A stretch of 64,000 bases of DNA, taken from NCBI GenBank assembly GCA_026026165.1, contig JAPEUD010000009.1, positions 124,001-188,000 of the forward strand, written 5' to 3'. A program made the position numbers and the translations under genes. The notes beneath the pieces are model-generated. The model saw only the letters and a program-made list of their open reading frames with translations. It was not told the DNA's origin and made no database searches. Below, piece after piece: positions 26,177 to 38,500 of this stretch. This DNA comes from Sarea resinae (taxonomy: Eukaryota). Position 1 is the first letter of the stretch. Each line of letters begins with the position of its first letter.

Positions 26177-27038
26177 CTATAGCTTTCCATGGTCGTTCTC
26201 CGATGTCCAAATGTCCTGGTTCTTCTCCTTACGATGTCTCTACGACTTAATGCCGCTATTCACGGATCATCTGCGTTACGAATCTCTCGCCTTATCTTCA
26301 CCTCATTCCCCTTGGCTTTTCAGTCGCCACTGTCCTCCCATGAATTACTCCGCTGGCTTACGCCACGAGACTGGACGCGGAGGCTTCGAGGCATGATGTT
26401 CTATGCACAGACCAACCTCCTCAGATTGCTCGATTTGCTCACATATCGTCATTGCTCACGTGGCTATATTCGCTTCTCCGTCGGGTGCTCATCTCTCTAC
26501 AAATGCGTTCTATTTCTGTTCCCTCACAGTGCGCTTGTTCTGGCTTCGAATGATAATGTACAATTAAAGAATACCCCCTCCCCTACCCTACACACCCACC
26601 CACCAACCAAACTGTCGGCTTGCGCGTTCAAGCGAGCGCGCATTTATGTTTCAATCTGTTTTTTTTTTCACTGCATCCCATCTAGCTAGCTAGCCGTCCA
26701 CTGCACGATCACTTTGAAAATAAACAAAGATATTCATATAGATTCTCGGCCTCTCTCTCTCTCTCTCTCCCTCGCGCGCGCGCGCTAGATCGGTATTGTG
26801 GTTTCGATATCTGTACATTTGCGCCCTCCCACGTGCTCTTTGCTCGTACAGTTGGACACAGACCCAAGTGGTTCCTTGATCGGTTCGATCGACTGATTGA
26901 TTGATTAATGTCATAGATCAATCCTAAAATACAACTCTCCATGCCATACATATGAATAGATAAGATACAGACCAAACCACGAGAGGTTCTGCTAGTTTGA
27001 GGGAATATGAACGGGGTAGATTTGCGAGGGTCGGCTCT

Positions 27039-28327
27039 CTAGTTGATCTGTTTGCCGTAGAACGGGATGCCGATTGAGGTGAGCAGGAGGCGGGCATCGC
27101 GGTCGTTGGTCGCGGAGGTGTGGATGGTGACGTGGCAGCCGGGAATCATTTTAGGAGGGTACCTGGAACGAGGGAAGGGGGGTTAGTAAAGGGGATTCCC
27201 CAGAGTTGACGAGCAGCGGGTTAAGGCTTCGAAAAGAGAGGGTGCCTGATTGGGGCAAATCGAACTCACATGTCGTAGTTGACCTCGATCTCCGGGAAGA
27301 GAGACATGGCGTCGGCGGTAAGACCGAACGACAGATTGCCGCTGCTATCGCCGCTGCTGCCCTTGACGCCCCGCCAGTCCTTGATGCGCGGCAAGACGAC
27401 GTCGACCACCTTGGCCACGAAATGGTACATGTCCTCGCCCTTCAACTCGGCCGTCACGGCTACGTGCTTGCCCTCGCGCAGACCCCACTGGTTGACGTTG
27501 CCCTTGGACTTGTGCGTCTGCACCCGCGCGTTCGTGATCGCCTGCACCACCATGCCCGCGACGTGCAGGTACGCGCTGTCTTCCAGCGCGCCCGCCACCA
27601 TCGTGTGCACCGTCACGCCCGTCAGTTTCGGCACGTTGCGGAAGGTCGCCGGGCGTGTGAGGAGGCGCAGGACGTCGCCGCCGCGGGGCCCACGGGCTGG
27701 TCGGTTCTTGTGGTAGGGAGAGGAGCCATCCCAGGAACGTAGACGCTCGCCCTTGGGCGGGGGGGAGAACCCTGGGGGGCGGTGGGCGTAGGTGAGGGTT
27801 AGGATGTCGGGGGCGAAGGTTGAGGTGTAGGTCTGTTGGAGGCGGGGAAGGGTGAAGGGGCCGGGGGTGAAGAGACGCGAGTCGGGAGAGGATGCAGGAG
27901 GAGGTTGATGTGGGTGCAGGGGGCCGCGGTAGTATTTGGGGGAGCGGTAGTTGTAGCTATGACACGGTGGGATGGTTAGTTGGGGATCTTGCAGAGATTC
28001 AAGCGGAATGGTAGGAGATCATTGATCAGGGCGATGAACGTACCGACTGGCGGGCAATTGGCGCTTTCGTTGTCTGCTGACGGCCACGGGGTCGAAGGAC
28101 TTGATGATTTCTTCGGATGCGGCGGGGGTGGTCAATGAGGATGATGGCTCGAGGTCTTCGATGTCCGCCGCCGCCGAAGCTGCGGGTGCGCTGTTGGAGG
28201 AGGTTGAGGAGGCATTGCGGCGCTTCTGGAGGAGGGCGGAGGAAGAGGCACACGAGGGTCGGATCAATGGCCTGGCATCGTTGAACACGAGAGTGCTGAG
28301 CCGCGAGGAGAAGTCGCGGAGTGCCAT
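27039..28327 (-). CDS. MRPL7: Mitochondrial large-subunit ribosomal protein uL5m (54S L7)
   Basis: Presequence-like MALRDFSSRLS; L5 motifs VVLPRIKDWRGV...GDSSGNLSFG, FPEIEVNYDMYPPKMIPG, DARLLLTSIGIPF. Confidence 0.92.
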
Positions 28328-29090
28328 GGTCTGGCTGGTTGCAATCTCGGTCGATGCGTGGATGCAAGTCAAGTGGTTATCCGGATGGAAAAGTTGAGGT
28401 TGAAGTTTAGTGCCAAGCTGGCTCCCTTGCGCGGCCGTAGCAAAGGATCGCCGACGACGGTTGCCCGTACGGGCAAGTCGCTCAGTCAGGTACTCGTACT
28501 CTACTGAAACATCATATGGCAGTCGTGGCCTCTCTGTCCATGGCCTTGACTGGCCTTGAATGGCCAGGACGCAGTCGTTGCAGTCCGTGACCGATTCCGG
28601 CCCTATTCGTGAGCTTTCTTCGCATATATAGGTAGAGCCTCCTGTCGTTCCCCGAGGTGTGCACACGTCAAATCTCCTCCATCTGCTGCTGCCTCACTTG
28701 CCTGAATTACTTCAGTCGTCTCTCGGCCACCAAGCACTCCTGTTTGGTTACACAGCTGGTTGAGGGTCGGTACATGAGAGTACCCCATCTGCCACGTAGT
28801 TTGAGCCGATCATCGAAGTACTTCGAGGTAGACTCATTGGGACTTTGCCTGGCCAACCCGCCCACCATTGCTATTCCTACCATCCTACCACCACCACTAC
28901 CACTACCACCACTGCCCTCACCACCCCGCAATCCAGCCGTCGTTCCCCAGGAACCCTCATTGCCCCGACTGATGATCCGGACCCTATCAAGTGTTGATCA
29001 GACTCGTCTCACACTATTCCTATCCTCAAAGGTCCACCGCTTTCATCCTCGAGCATTCATGGTGGGGGCGCAATCGTCCAACGGCTTGCC

Positions 29091-31753
29091 ATGAGCGGCA
29101 TCAACAGATTCCTGAGCCGGCGCGAGAAGCGTTCGAGCAAGACCAAGGACAAGGTACGCTTTCTGAGTACTCTCGGTGCACCGACCCACCTTTGGTATCA
29201 TCATTTTTGCTCTTCATAACGTTTCCGTGCTTTATGTGACCATGGCACGAAGAAAGGGCGCTCGGCTTTCACGATGCATACGCGCGGCGCTTACAGCCCG
29301 ACGAAGCTTTGGCGCAACTGAAACAATACTGACAACCACATCTCACAGCCTCGATTCAACTCGGACGATCTTCAAGTTATCTTCTCCGTAGACGAAGACA
29401 AAAAGCTGGGGAAAGAGGACGAGAAGAAAGTAAGCCCCCCCGTGGGTCTGTTGCAGCGGTTCCTCGCTCACCCATCCAGATCCAGGTCATCACCCAACAA
29501 CTAGCCCGTCTCGGTATCACCTCATTCAAGCAGCCGCAAGTCGAATATGCCCTTCGGAGTCCGTACTCGGATGGGGACGTCGAGAAAGCATTTGAGATGC
29601 TCGTCCTCTTCGAGGATTCGCAGGAAGGCATCGTCAAAGATTACGATCCAAGGATAAACCTATTGGGTGCGGTCAATAGAGAAGGGGTCACATGTTATCT
29701 GGACGCCTTGCTCTTCGCCATGTTCGCCAGATTAGACAGCTTTGAGGCCATGTTGTACAATTCCTTCGATGACGAGCCACGGCGGAAGTTGGCCGCGCTG
29801 TTGAGGTTGTGGGCTAATATGCTCCGATTGGGAAAGCTAATCACTACGGATATTGTGAGTTCCTCCATTTTGCCCTTTTGTTTTCTCGTTCTTGGCCTGA
29901 TCCCCTTGTCCAGACCCAGCAATTACAAGAAACGCTTGCAAAATGCGGCTGGGAAGAAGCGGCCGAGCTCCGCCAGCAAGATGCATCCGAAGCCTTCACA
30001 TTCATCACCGAGAAGTTGGAGCTGCCGCTCCTAACCCTCAAGATGGACATCTATCACACCGGCAAGGAAGACGCCGATGACGATCACAAATTTGTCAATG
30101 AACGATTGCTGGAAGTCGCCATCCCTCCTCCTGACGAATCTGGCAACATTACTCTAGAGGATTGCTTGGAGGAATACTTCAATAACAGAATCGAAGTGAG
30201 GCGCTATCTGGAGCGACGGGGTACCGTTAGCTCCAATCGTTCGACTGAGAAAGGAGGTGGGCATGCTGTACACATTGAGACGGTGGACTTGGGCTCGGGC
30301 TCGGGCTCGCGGCCGTCTACTCCCAGCTCCCCAGCGACTCCGATATCCGCGAACTTGCCCCACCCACCACATAGCTTATCACACCGATCTCCAAGTATCA
30401 TTCGCGATCTACCGCTGGAAGAAGGCGAGCCCTCAATACCCGTCATAAATGGAGAGCCATTGCGCGCCATCGGTCGGAAACGAACCAATTCCGTCAGAAA
30501 GGAAATAATGATGCCCGCGTGGCAATTCTTCAGTCTCATTCGTAAGTGCTTCGCCCGTGATTCCCGAGTGTTCTGCTCACAAATGTCAAGCATTCTACAC
30601 GGAAAATGTTTCAAGAAATGCCGCGCAGGTAGCAGCGCACTTTTCGACTAAACGGCCCGTATTAGGGCTTTGCCTCAAGAGGTATTCCATGTTGCCTAAC
30701 GGCAAGGCGGTGCGACTCAACACACATGTCGATATACCAAGAGAGATTGGGCTACCTCATTTCATCAAAGATGACCAGATGGACGATGACGCTCCGCTCT
30801 TTGGCAACTTCAAACTTTCCCTTCAGTCGGTTGTCTGTCATCGAGGTGTCTCAGTTGATTCGGGGCATTATATATCGCTTGTGAGGGGTCAAGCACCTAA
30901 TGCAGGGGCGCAAGCAGCGGAGCAAAGGCCTCAGTCAAACTCATCGGGCGAAGAGCCAGAGGATACGTGGATGCGATTCGATGACATGGCCAAGGAGCGC
31001 GTCTCGTATGTGGATATCAAACAGGCATTAAAGGATGAGTCACCGTATCTGCTCTTCTACCAGGTCCAGCCCATCGACGACTCTCCCCCTTACGACCCCC
31101 ACGCAGAGAGACCTCCATCTTACGAGGAAACACACGATCGTGACTCTGGCGTTGCCGGGCTCTCTCTCAAAACAGGGGCCAGTTTTGGCTCTGTTGAGGA
31201 GGATGAGACGTCCAGGAAACCCAGCTTCGAAGTCACCGCTCCGGATGGTGATCGCAGAGGCCGCACGAGCATGTCCAGCGAGCGAAGAATGAGCATTGCC
31301 TTTACCGATGGCAGCGGGAGTTTGCGACTCGACAACGCCACCACGCCCGGCTCCGTAACGCCGAGTGAAGAGAACGGAGGCAACTCGGCCGTAGGATCGC
31401 GGCGCGGGTCTAAAATCAGCAAAGATGAGTCCAAAAGCCGACCGTCGAGCCAATCGGGAGAGAAGATGATGAACACGCTCTCAAGACTGTCGGGCCGATT
31501 AAGCCGTGACAAACTCACCGTCCCTGATGTCGTGGGCGGCGACGCGGGGCCTCCTTCTACAGGGGAACCATCAACGACCACGAAAGACGAGGCGGGCGAA
31601 AAGGGAGGGATTACAGAAGAGAAGGGCAAGTCGACGGCGGCGAAGAAGGAGAGGAAGAAGCTGAGAAGTCGAAGTCGGCAGCGGCTAAAGGACATGCACG
31701 AGTATGGCAAACGAAAGGCTATGCCGCCGGATCGTGAGTGTAGCATCATGTGA
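29091..31753 (+). CDS. Ubiquitin-specific protease (USP/C19) with CYLD-like Cys box
   Basis: Cys box GAVNREGVTCYLDALLFAMF; QQDASEAF; His box VVCHRGVSVDSGHYISLVR; WMRFDD; PYLLFY. Multi-exon; 5' exons less certain. Confidence 0.85.
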
Positions 31754-31814
31754 CAGGGAAATGAAACAGCGCGCAACGGATGAAATTTTTTGATCAGATA
31801 GGTAGATACCCCCT

Positions 31815-32625
31815 TTGGCGTGGCGTGGCGTGGCGTGGCGTTGGTTGTTGGTTGGTTGGCTACCTTATTGGCATCCGCAGGGTGACGGAGCGGAGCAACT
31901 CAGAAGGGATCACGGAAGTCTTTTCATCTCTGGGGTGTCAGGACATGGACGGGAAATCTGGCATTGATGGAACATGGAACATGGTTGGCTGTCTGGCTCT
32001 GAAAAGCAAACCCCTCGATGCGAGCGCTTGTGCACATTTCCCCTTCCCCCATATGGATCCGTATGTTTTTTTCTCTTCTCTTCATTTGCAGGCGTTTCGT
32101 TCATCTGGAGCGGCATTTGCAGGGCTCGGAACGACTCCGGCTCGCCTGCAGGGTTAGATATATCATATCGTATCATATCATATCAGATGACATCTCACCA
32201 GTCGATGACGCCCCATCCATAAACATCATGAGATTTTTGACTGTGGATTTTTCCCTCCTTCCTTCCTTTCTTTCTCTCGGGTGGATGGATGGATGGATGG
32301 GAAAGGCGGGGAGGGGTGTCGCAGCGTAGACGAACGAACGAACGAACGAAAGCTGGAAAAGTAGGTAAGGTGAGGTGAGGTGAGGTGCATCTCGTAGCAT
32401 GACCGAAGACATTCGATGAGAAACGTTTGAGTCTGGGACTATGGGAGAGTCCTTGTAGTTCTTGTTGGGCAAATGTGAAGTTTTGGTTTTTGGTTTCTGG
32501 TTTTTGGAGGCCGGGAGGTAGGTAGGTAGGTAGGTAGGTAGGGCTGGCTGGCTGGCTGGCACGGAAGGGGGTGGGTGGCCGGGGTCGTTCGTGGGAACGG
32601 ACACGGACACGGACACGGACACGGA
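31815..32625. repeat. Microsatellite-rich region downstream of the USP gene
   Basis: (GGCGT)n, (ATATC)n, (GGAT)n, (CGAA)n, (GGTA)n, (GGCT)n and (ACACGG)n tracts. Confidence 0.8.
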
Positions 32626-33395
32626 CGCTCTGGGGAAAGCGATGGTTGGAGCTCCTCCCCTCGGACGCTTCGATCGACGCCGCTGTCATGTTCCGGCTGT
32701 CATGCTCGAGGTTGTTTGAGTAACAGAGGTAGAGAACATAGCAGCTCCGATAGCCTATAAGGATCGTACGAATGAATGTCTGGGGGATCGATGGCGCCCC
32801 TATACGAAGACGATCAACGAGAAGAGGCATCGAAGCTCTTCTTGTTTGGGTAAGGATTATATATGTACAAAAGTCTGAGCCGGTGGACTAAGATAGAGAC
32901 TGTATATATGCCTTCGCCCCGAATTTTCTGATTCTTTGATTCCAAGGTCAAAGGGCTCTCTCGGATACAGGGAGACACCTTAGGGAGGTAGGATTCATGT
33001 CGTGCCGGATCGCTCTAGAACGTCCGTTTCTGTCTCATGTACGAGATCAACTTTTGCGATCTCTTCAATGGTTTGACGTTCGTCGATAAAAGTCCGAAAT
33101 TCCCAAGACGCCCAATATCTTCATCATGCCCAGCGTCGGAGGTGTTGGCGCTTGGTCTCAGTTATGAACCGTCGTGAGTCGGTGCAGGCTCGTTTGCTAA
33201 TGATATCTAGAATTTGTGGATTCCCAAGTGGCGCTCGCTCAGACTTGAGGGGTTCGGCCACAGGAGGCCGGCGGACGTTGAATATACCACGCCCCTTTAG
33301 TAAATTTGTGATATTGAACTGGCGCCGCCCGTCCAGATAGCAGAACGCTAGGCCAAGATTAAAAAAGTATTCCATTTCTGTCATTGACTCTGATC

Positions 33396-35006
33396 TTAGT
33401 AAGGTCTCTCCATGACAACAGAGTTGACAGATTGCAATGTTGATCGTGAGGGATTGGCTTCGGGAAACGACGCCATAATCCAGGAGAGCTTTTTACGGAT
33501 GCTCTGTTTGTCAATCATTGAATCACGATCAGGGATCGGAGGAGTAAATAAACCTGACAAACGCCGTCAGTTCTGATGCCTATCATCAAATCAGTGATAG
33601 GTATGGCCCACCGTCGTCACCGTAAAAGATACACAAAGTCATCAGAGCAGCTCCAACGGCAAGATCTTTGCCAGTAGGACAGGCAAATAAGATCCTTTGT
33701 CTCGACGGCGCTGAGGCCAGATGAGCCTTCACCTTCGGGAGCTGAACTCGAAGATCCCGGCTCCCTAGCTTCCCTTGCGTGCATTGGAGATGTAAGACTC
33801 TCTTTCGAGTAGCGTCGTCTATTGCCTCCATGGGCTTTTCTGAGCATACAACGAAGAGATTAAAGTCGTCCGGACTGGCAGCTTGTACGGTAGCCAAGGT
33901 TCCCAGGAAAATGTCAGACGTAGGATAGATCTGCACAGCCCCAGTTCCGCTCCCAGCCGTGCCTTTTGTATCAGCAATCAAGGAAGCAGTAATGTCTGGT
34001 AGATCTTCTTCGACAGTCCTCAGCAGCATGTCTTTGTTTTCCCAAAACAATTGAGGAGTCAGTCCCTTAGCCCATCCCTCGCTGTCGTCCCCAGCACCTT
34101 GAATGTATCCGCCTTCAGAGGCTTCCGCTCCTCGAACACGCCGTGAGGCCGTGCAGAGGATGATGGGGTGGAAATCATCGTAGAAAGGGGCCTCGGTGGG
34201 AAGTGTAGAACCTTGTACAATCCAGAGCGGTCGTAGCGGCTTCGAGATTCTGAGTCTCAGCTCTTGTAGGTCAAGACCGAGTTCCTGAGGGCCTCAGCAT
34301 AGCAAAACAACGGGTGCGATATACTACCGGCGTAGCTAACTCACCTTCAGCTGCTTGACGAAGCTCTCCAACCGTGCTTCGATCTGAGAATGCTCCGAGG
34401 CAGACACTGCGTGCTGTGGAGTATGCAGTTTATGGGCCGAAGGAAGTTCTGGGAATAAAGCCAGGTTCATGACAGCACACCATATCGGCACCGTTTTCGA
34501 AAGAGCATCAGGCATGCCTTTTCGCGATCCCATTAGCTCCACAATCCAGCAATTCTCAGCGCTCGCACAAGACATACGTACTCTTCCCTCTCCGTGTTGA
34601 GTCGACGATGATACAACTATGAGCATATCAGCCGTCGTTTTGCTTGAAAGAGGCTCATATAATTGAGGTCCGCATACCCATCTCCCTTCCCAACCACGTC
34701 CAAGACTTGAAGATTCAGTCTCCGTAGACTGAAAGACCACTCCCCAGAGTGTCCATCCGTACTCTTGAAATAGGCGCTTCCTTGCTTCCGAGTCGGCGGT
34801 ATGTACCAGCTTCCGCAGCGTTCATTGGCAATTAAAGGCCTTTGAAAGATGTCTGCCACCGCGCACACGAACTCTGAATCTTCATTGATCGAGCGCAAAC
34901 GATGTGTGATGGAGAGATTCGAGCGCTTCAACTCGCCAAGGGTCTTGGAAAAATTGGTCGAAGCAGAAGGGAAGATGAGGTCGGAGGTACTGAGGGCTGG
35001 AGCCAT
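33396..35006 (-). CDS. RIT1: Initiator tRNA A64 2'-O-ribosylphosphate transferase
   Basis: ANERCGSWY, YFKSTDGH.GEWSFSLRRLN, MPDALSKTVPIWCAVMN, IQGAGDDSEGWAKGL; DSP-like C-terminus CPTGKDLAVG...ANPSRSTL. Confidence 0.93.
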
Positions 35007-35574
35007 CACTCGACATATTCCAACGGGTCAACGTCGCGATGCGCTTTCCTTGCTTCAAATTCGGTTTCCCAGTAGCATCTTGAATCGAAATACTGCGTAG
35101 TAGGTTAGCGGGGGTCGCGTTGGCTAAAACCCTTATCGATAACTAAGGTAGCCCTGTTTTCCAAGCGATGTTTCTTCGCAGTGATGAGACATGTGAAAAT
35201 TCATTGCATCACGAGGCATTGAGGTCCCCTTACGATTAATGATGTCGAAATGAACCTGGAAGAGCGAATGTCTCTGGACATTTTGCCTCGATGGCTGTCT
35301 TTTTTCTATAATCGCTCGATGAAGATTACATGGAAGCAAGCATGCAATAGACGGAGTTTGAACAGCCCTGTCCGCCGTGCGAGAGAACACCCGCAGCCCA
35401 ACATATCGCTACACTCCGAGTCCAATCACAGTTGTAGCTTTCCTCCCAAACAGCCCCTCTGATTTGCCTTTGGACAATAAGAGAATAAACCAGCGCCCTG
35501 CCCATCTAGTCTTACAGAAAGGATTCAAGTCGTATCATCACTCGGAGCCAGGTCATACACACAATTCTCATCTA

Positions 35575-38500
35575 TCACCTTGGCCCGAGATCCATTTCTC
35601 CATCTGCGATTCTCAGTCGATCTTTCGTGGACTTCGCCTTCTTCGATACCCCACCCTTCTTCAGCGCGCTTTTGCGACCCTTGACCGGTGCTTCGATAAC
35701 AGAGACAGGCGTTGCCGTTCCAGAGGGCTTATTACTGCCATCATCAAAGTGCCCTTCGCCTGTGAGTAGAACACCGTTAGTTGCCTGCAAAATCGATTTG
35801 AAGAGAACTAGGGGGAGAGAGAGCAGTGCGGATAGCCTACCTTCATGATACATCTCATCGAGGCTGACGTCTGCCCTCCGTTTCTTTGGCGCTTTCTTCC
35901 TGCCGGGGGGTTCCTTAGCTTCGGCTGCAGCCATCTCAGCCTCTTTCCGCTCAATCTCAGCCGCTTGATCATCGTCCGCTAGCCACATTGCAATATCCTT
36001 CGTGCGGTTTTCGCGAGAGCGAGTGTTGAAGTCAACTCCGGCTCCTGAGCCTCCTGAGATGACAACACGTTGGACTTCCTCTTTCTGCAAGGCACGCTTA
36101 CGGATGCGCTCTTCAATCGTTCCGCGTGTGATCATGCGGTAGACAGTGACCTGCTTTGTCTGGCCCAGACGATGAGCGCGATCCATAGCCTGACTGTCAA
36201 TAGTTGGATTCCAATCTGAGTCGTAGAAGATGACAGTATCCGCAGAGGTAAGATTGATCCCTAGGCCTCCAGCGCGAGTCGAGAGAAGGAAGATGAAGAT
36301 CTCAGGGCGAGTCTGGAAGTCGGCAACAGTATCTCGTCGATCCTCTAATTTGGTAGACCCGTCCAAGCGCAAGTATTTGTAGTTGCGGTAAGTGAGGTAT
36401 TCTTCCATAAGATCGATCATTCGAGTCATCTGGAAATAGAGCAAGACACGGTGACCGCCTTCCTTCAGCTGCTGGAGCAGCTCGTCGAGTTTGGCCAGCT
36501 TTCCCGAGTCTGTCACGAATCTTCTCATAGAGGGAACCTGAATGTTCGTGAATCGAGTCTTCTCCGAAACAGGGGCCGGTAGCATCGCTGGGGTCGGGAA
36601 TGATGCTGGCTCGACTTTGGCATCCAATAGTGCTTTCTCGTCTCGCTCGGATGGCCCATATAAGGCTCTTCTCATTGATACATTGAAAAAGGCATTCTCC
36701 TTCTCACTAATTGAGCCGCGGCTAGAACAGACCACTTCAACTGGAGGAGCTGAAGCCGCCGGTCTAGCACACTGTTCGGCTCGACTAAGCCCAGTATTCG
36801 CAAATGCAGCTTCCGAAACGGTGAGTAAATGACGCATGCGACCTTCGTTTGTCATTTCGGCTAGCGGCCGTCGATCAGAGCGGGCCACAATATTGAATAG
36901 AGCATGTGCTGGTGTGAAATTCGCGTTCTCTGCGTCTCCATAAACCGCATTGAGCCTCCCTAGATGACGAGGTTTCCGCTGAAGGTCGACGGACCTCTTG
37001 AATATGTCATCGTGAGAGGCACTGTACGCTTCGCCGGCCGATGTGTCTGCGAATCGGAGGAAAGAGAAAGAAGAGTCTTTCGCACAACTCTCCTGAATGT
37101 TCTCGGGGGTCCATATATTCAACAAATGGCTCAAGTACTTGCCCCTGAAACCTGCTCGGTCATTATCAGGACCGGGAAGATCGAGCCGCCCGTTCTGCCG
37201 GTAAACAAGCCGAGGAAGGCTGTATTCAATGAGACTACGAGTCGAGTAACGGACGTCGACATTCGGGCCTTCGCGCAGGAACGAAGCGGTCTCGGCGAAG
37301 TGGGCCATGGAAAATGGTGACGTCGTGTCAGCCCTCTCGAAAAGATCTGGATGATTGCACACCTTCCGGAATTGCATGACCAGGTTCATCAGAGTTGTTG
37401 CGTCCTGGTCATCACCAACAGCTGCCTTTTCAATCAGATCCATGATGCTGATCCGATTACGAAGGTTACTGTAATACGCGCGTTGCCGATAAGTCAGATC
37501 GCAGAAGACATCCTCCTCGATCTTATCCCCGAGTTCCTTTTGAACATGCTTCTTGATCCGACGTAGCATGAAAGGCTTCAGGATCATATGCAGTCGTTTG
37601 AGTTGATCTTCATTGAGCTTTGTGTTGCTCTGCGCGTGGCTTTCTATGTCTTTCGAAAACCAATCACTGAACTCATCGTGGGAGTCGAAAAGACTCGGCA
37701 TGATGAAATGTAGCAAAGCCCACAATTCTTGCATGTTATTCTGAATTGGGGTTCCCGTCAGTAGGAGACGGTTGCGACAGTGAAATCCCAGCAAGCTCTT
37801 CCACCGTGAGCTTTGAGAGGATTTGATTGCCTGAGCCTCGTCAAGGATCATGTACTGCCATCGAATTTTCTGAAAGTATGGGGCATCCTGGACGACAAGT
37901 TGATATGATGTAACAAGCACGTGAAATGGCGACTCTTTAGTGTACGTGATATGCTTCCTATCCCAGAATTTCCGTAAAACTTTTCGATCTTTGGCACTGC
38001 CCCAGTATGGAATAACCTTGAGAGTCGGGACAAATCTCGAGATTTCTTGTTGCCAATTGTGAAGTGTTGAAGCCGGTGCGATGACCAAAAACGGACCCCA
38101 GATATTGTGATTTTCAGCAAGGTATGCCATGACCGAAATCGATTGAACGGTCTTCCCGAGACCCATTTCATCGGCAAGAATGCCATTGATTCCTTGCTCG
38201 TACAGATTAACGAGCCAATTCAGCCCCTTCAATTGATACTCTTTGAGCTGGGCGGTCAGCATCGCCGGCTGAGCCACATCCATATCGACAAGACTGGTAG
38301 GATTTTGGAAGTTCATTTCACCTTCATCGAAATCGGCTTCATTGCGCTCGTCCTCTTGTCGTTGGTTGAAAGCTCGAGCTCTATCTTGCGCTTCCTGAAC
38401 GGCATTTTGAGCATTGGCCATAGCGGCTTGGCGTAGAGCGCTCTCGTCTTCAGCGTCGAAGTCGAGATCCTCAAAATTAGTGACTTTTGTGCCGGGCTTG

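Noticed and set aside
26174..26182. STE11 stop in a readthrough-like TAG CTA context
   Set aside because: A second in-frame TAG follows immediately, so there is no meaningful extension or PTS1.
33200..33320. Two AATTTGTG Sm-like sites (U1 snRNA?)
   Set aside because: No ATACTTACCT 5' end or U1 loop motifs on either strand.
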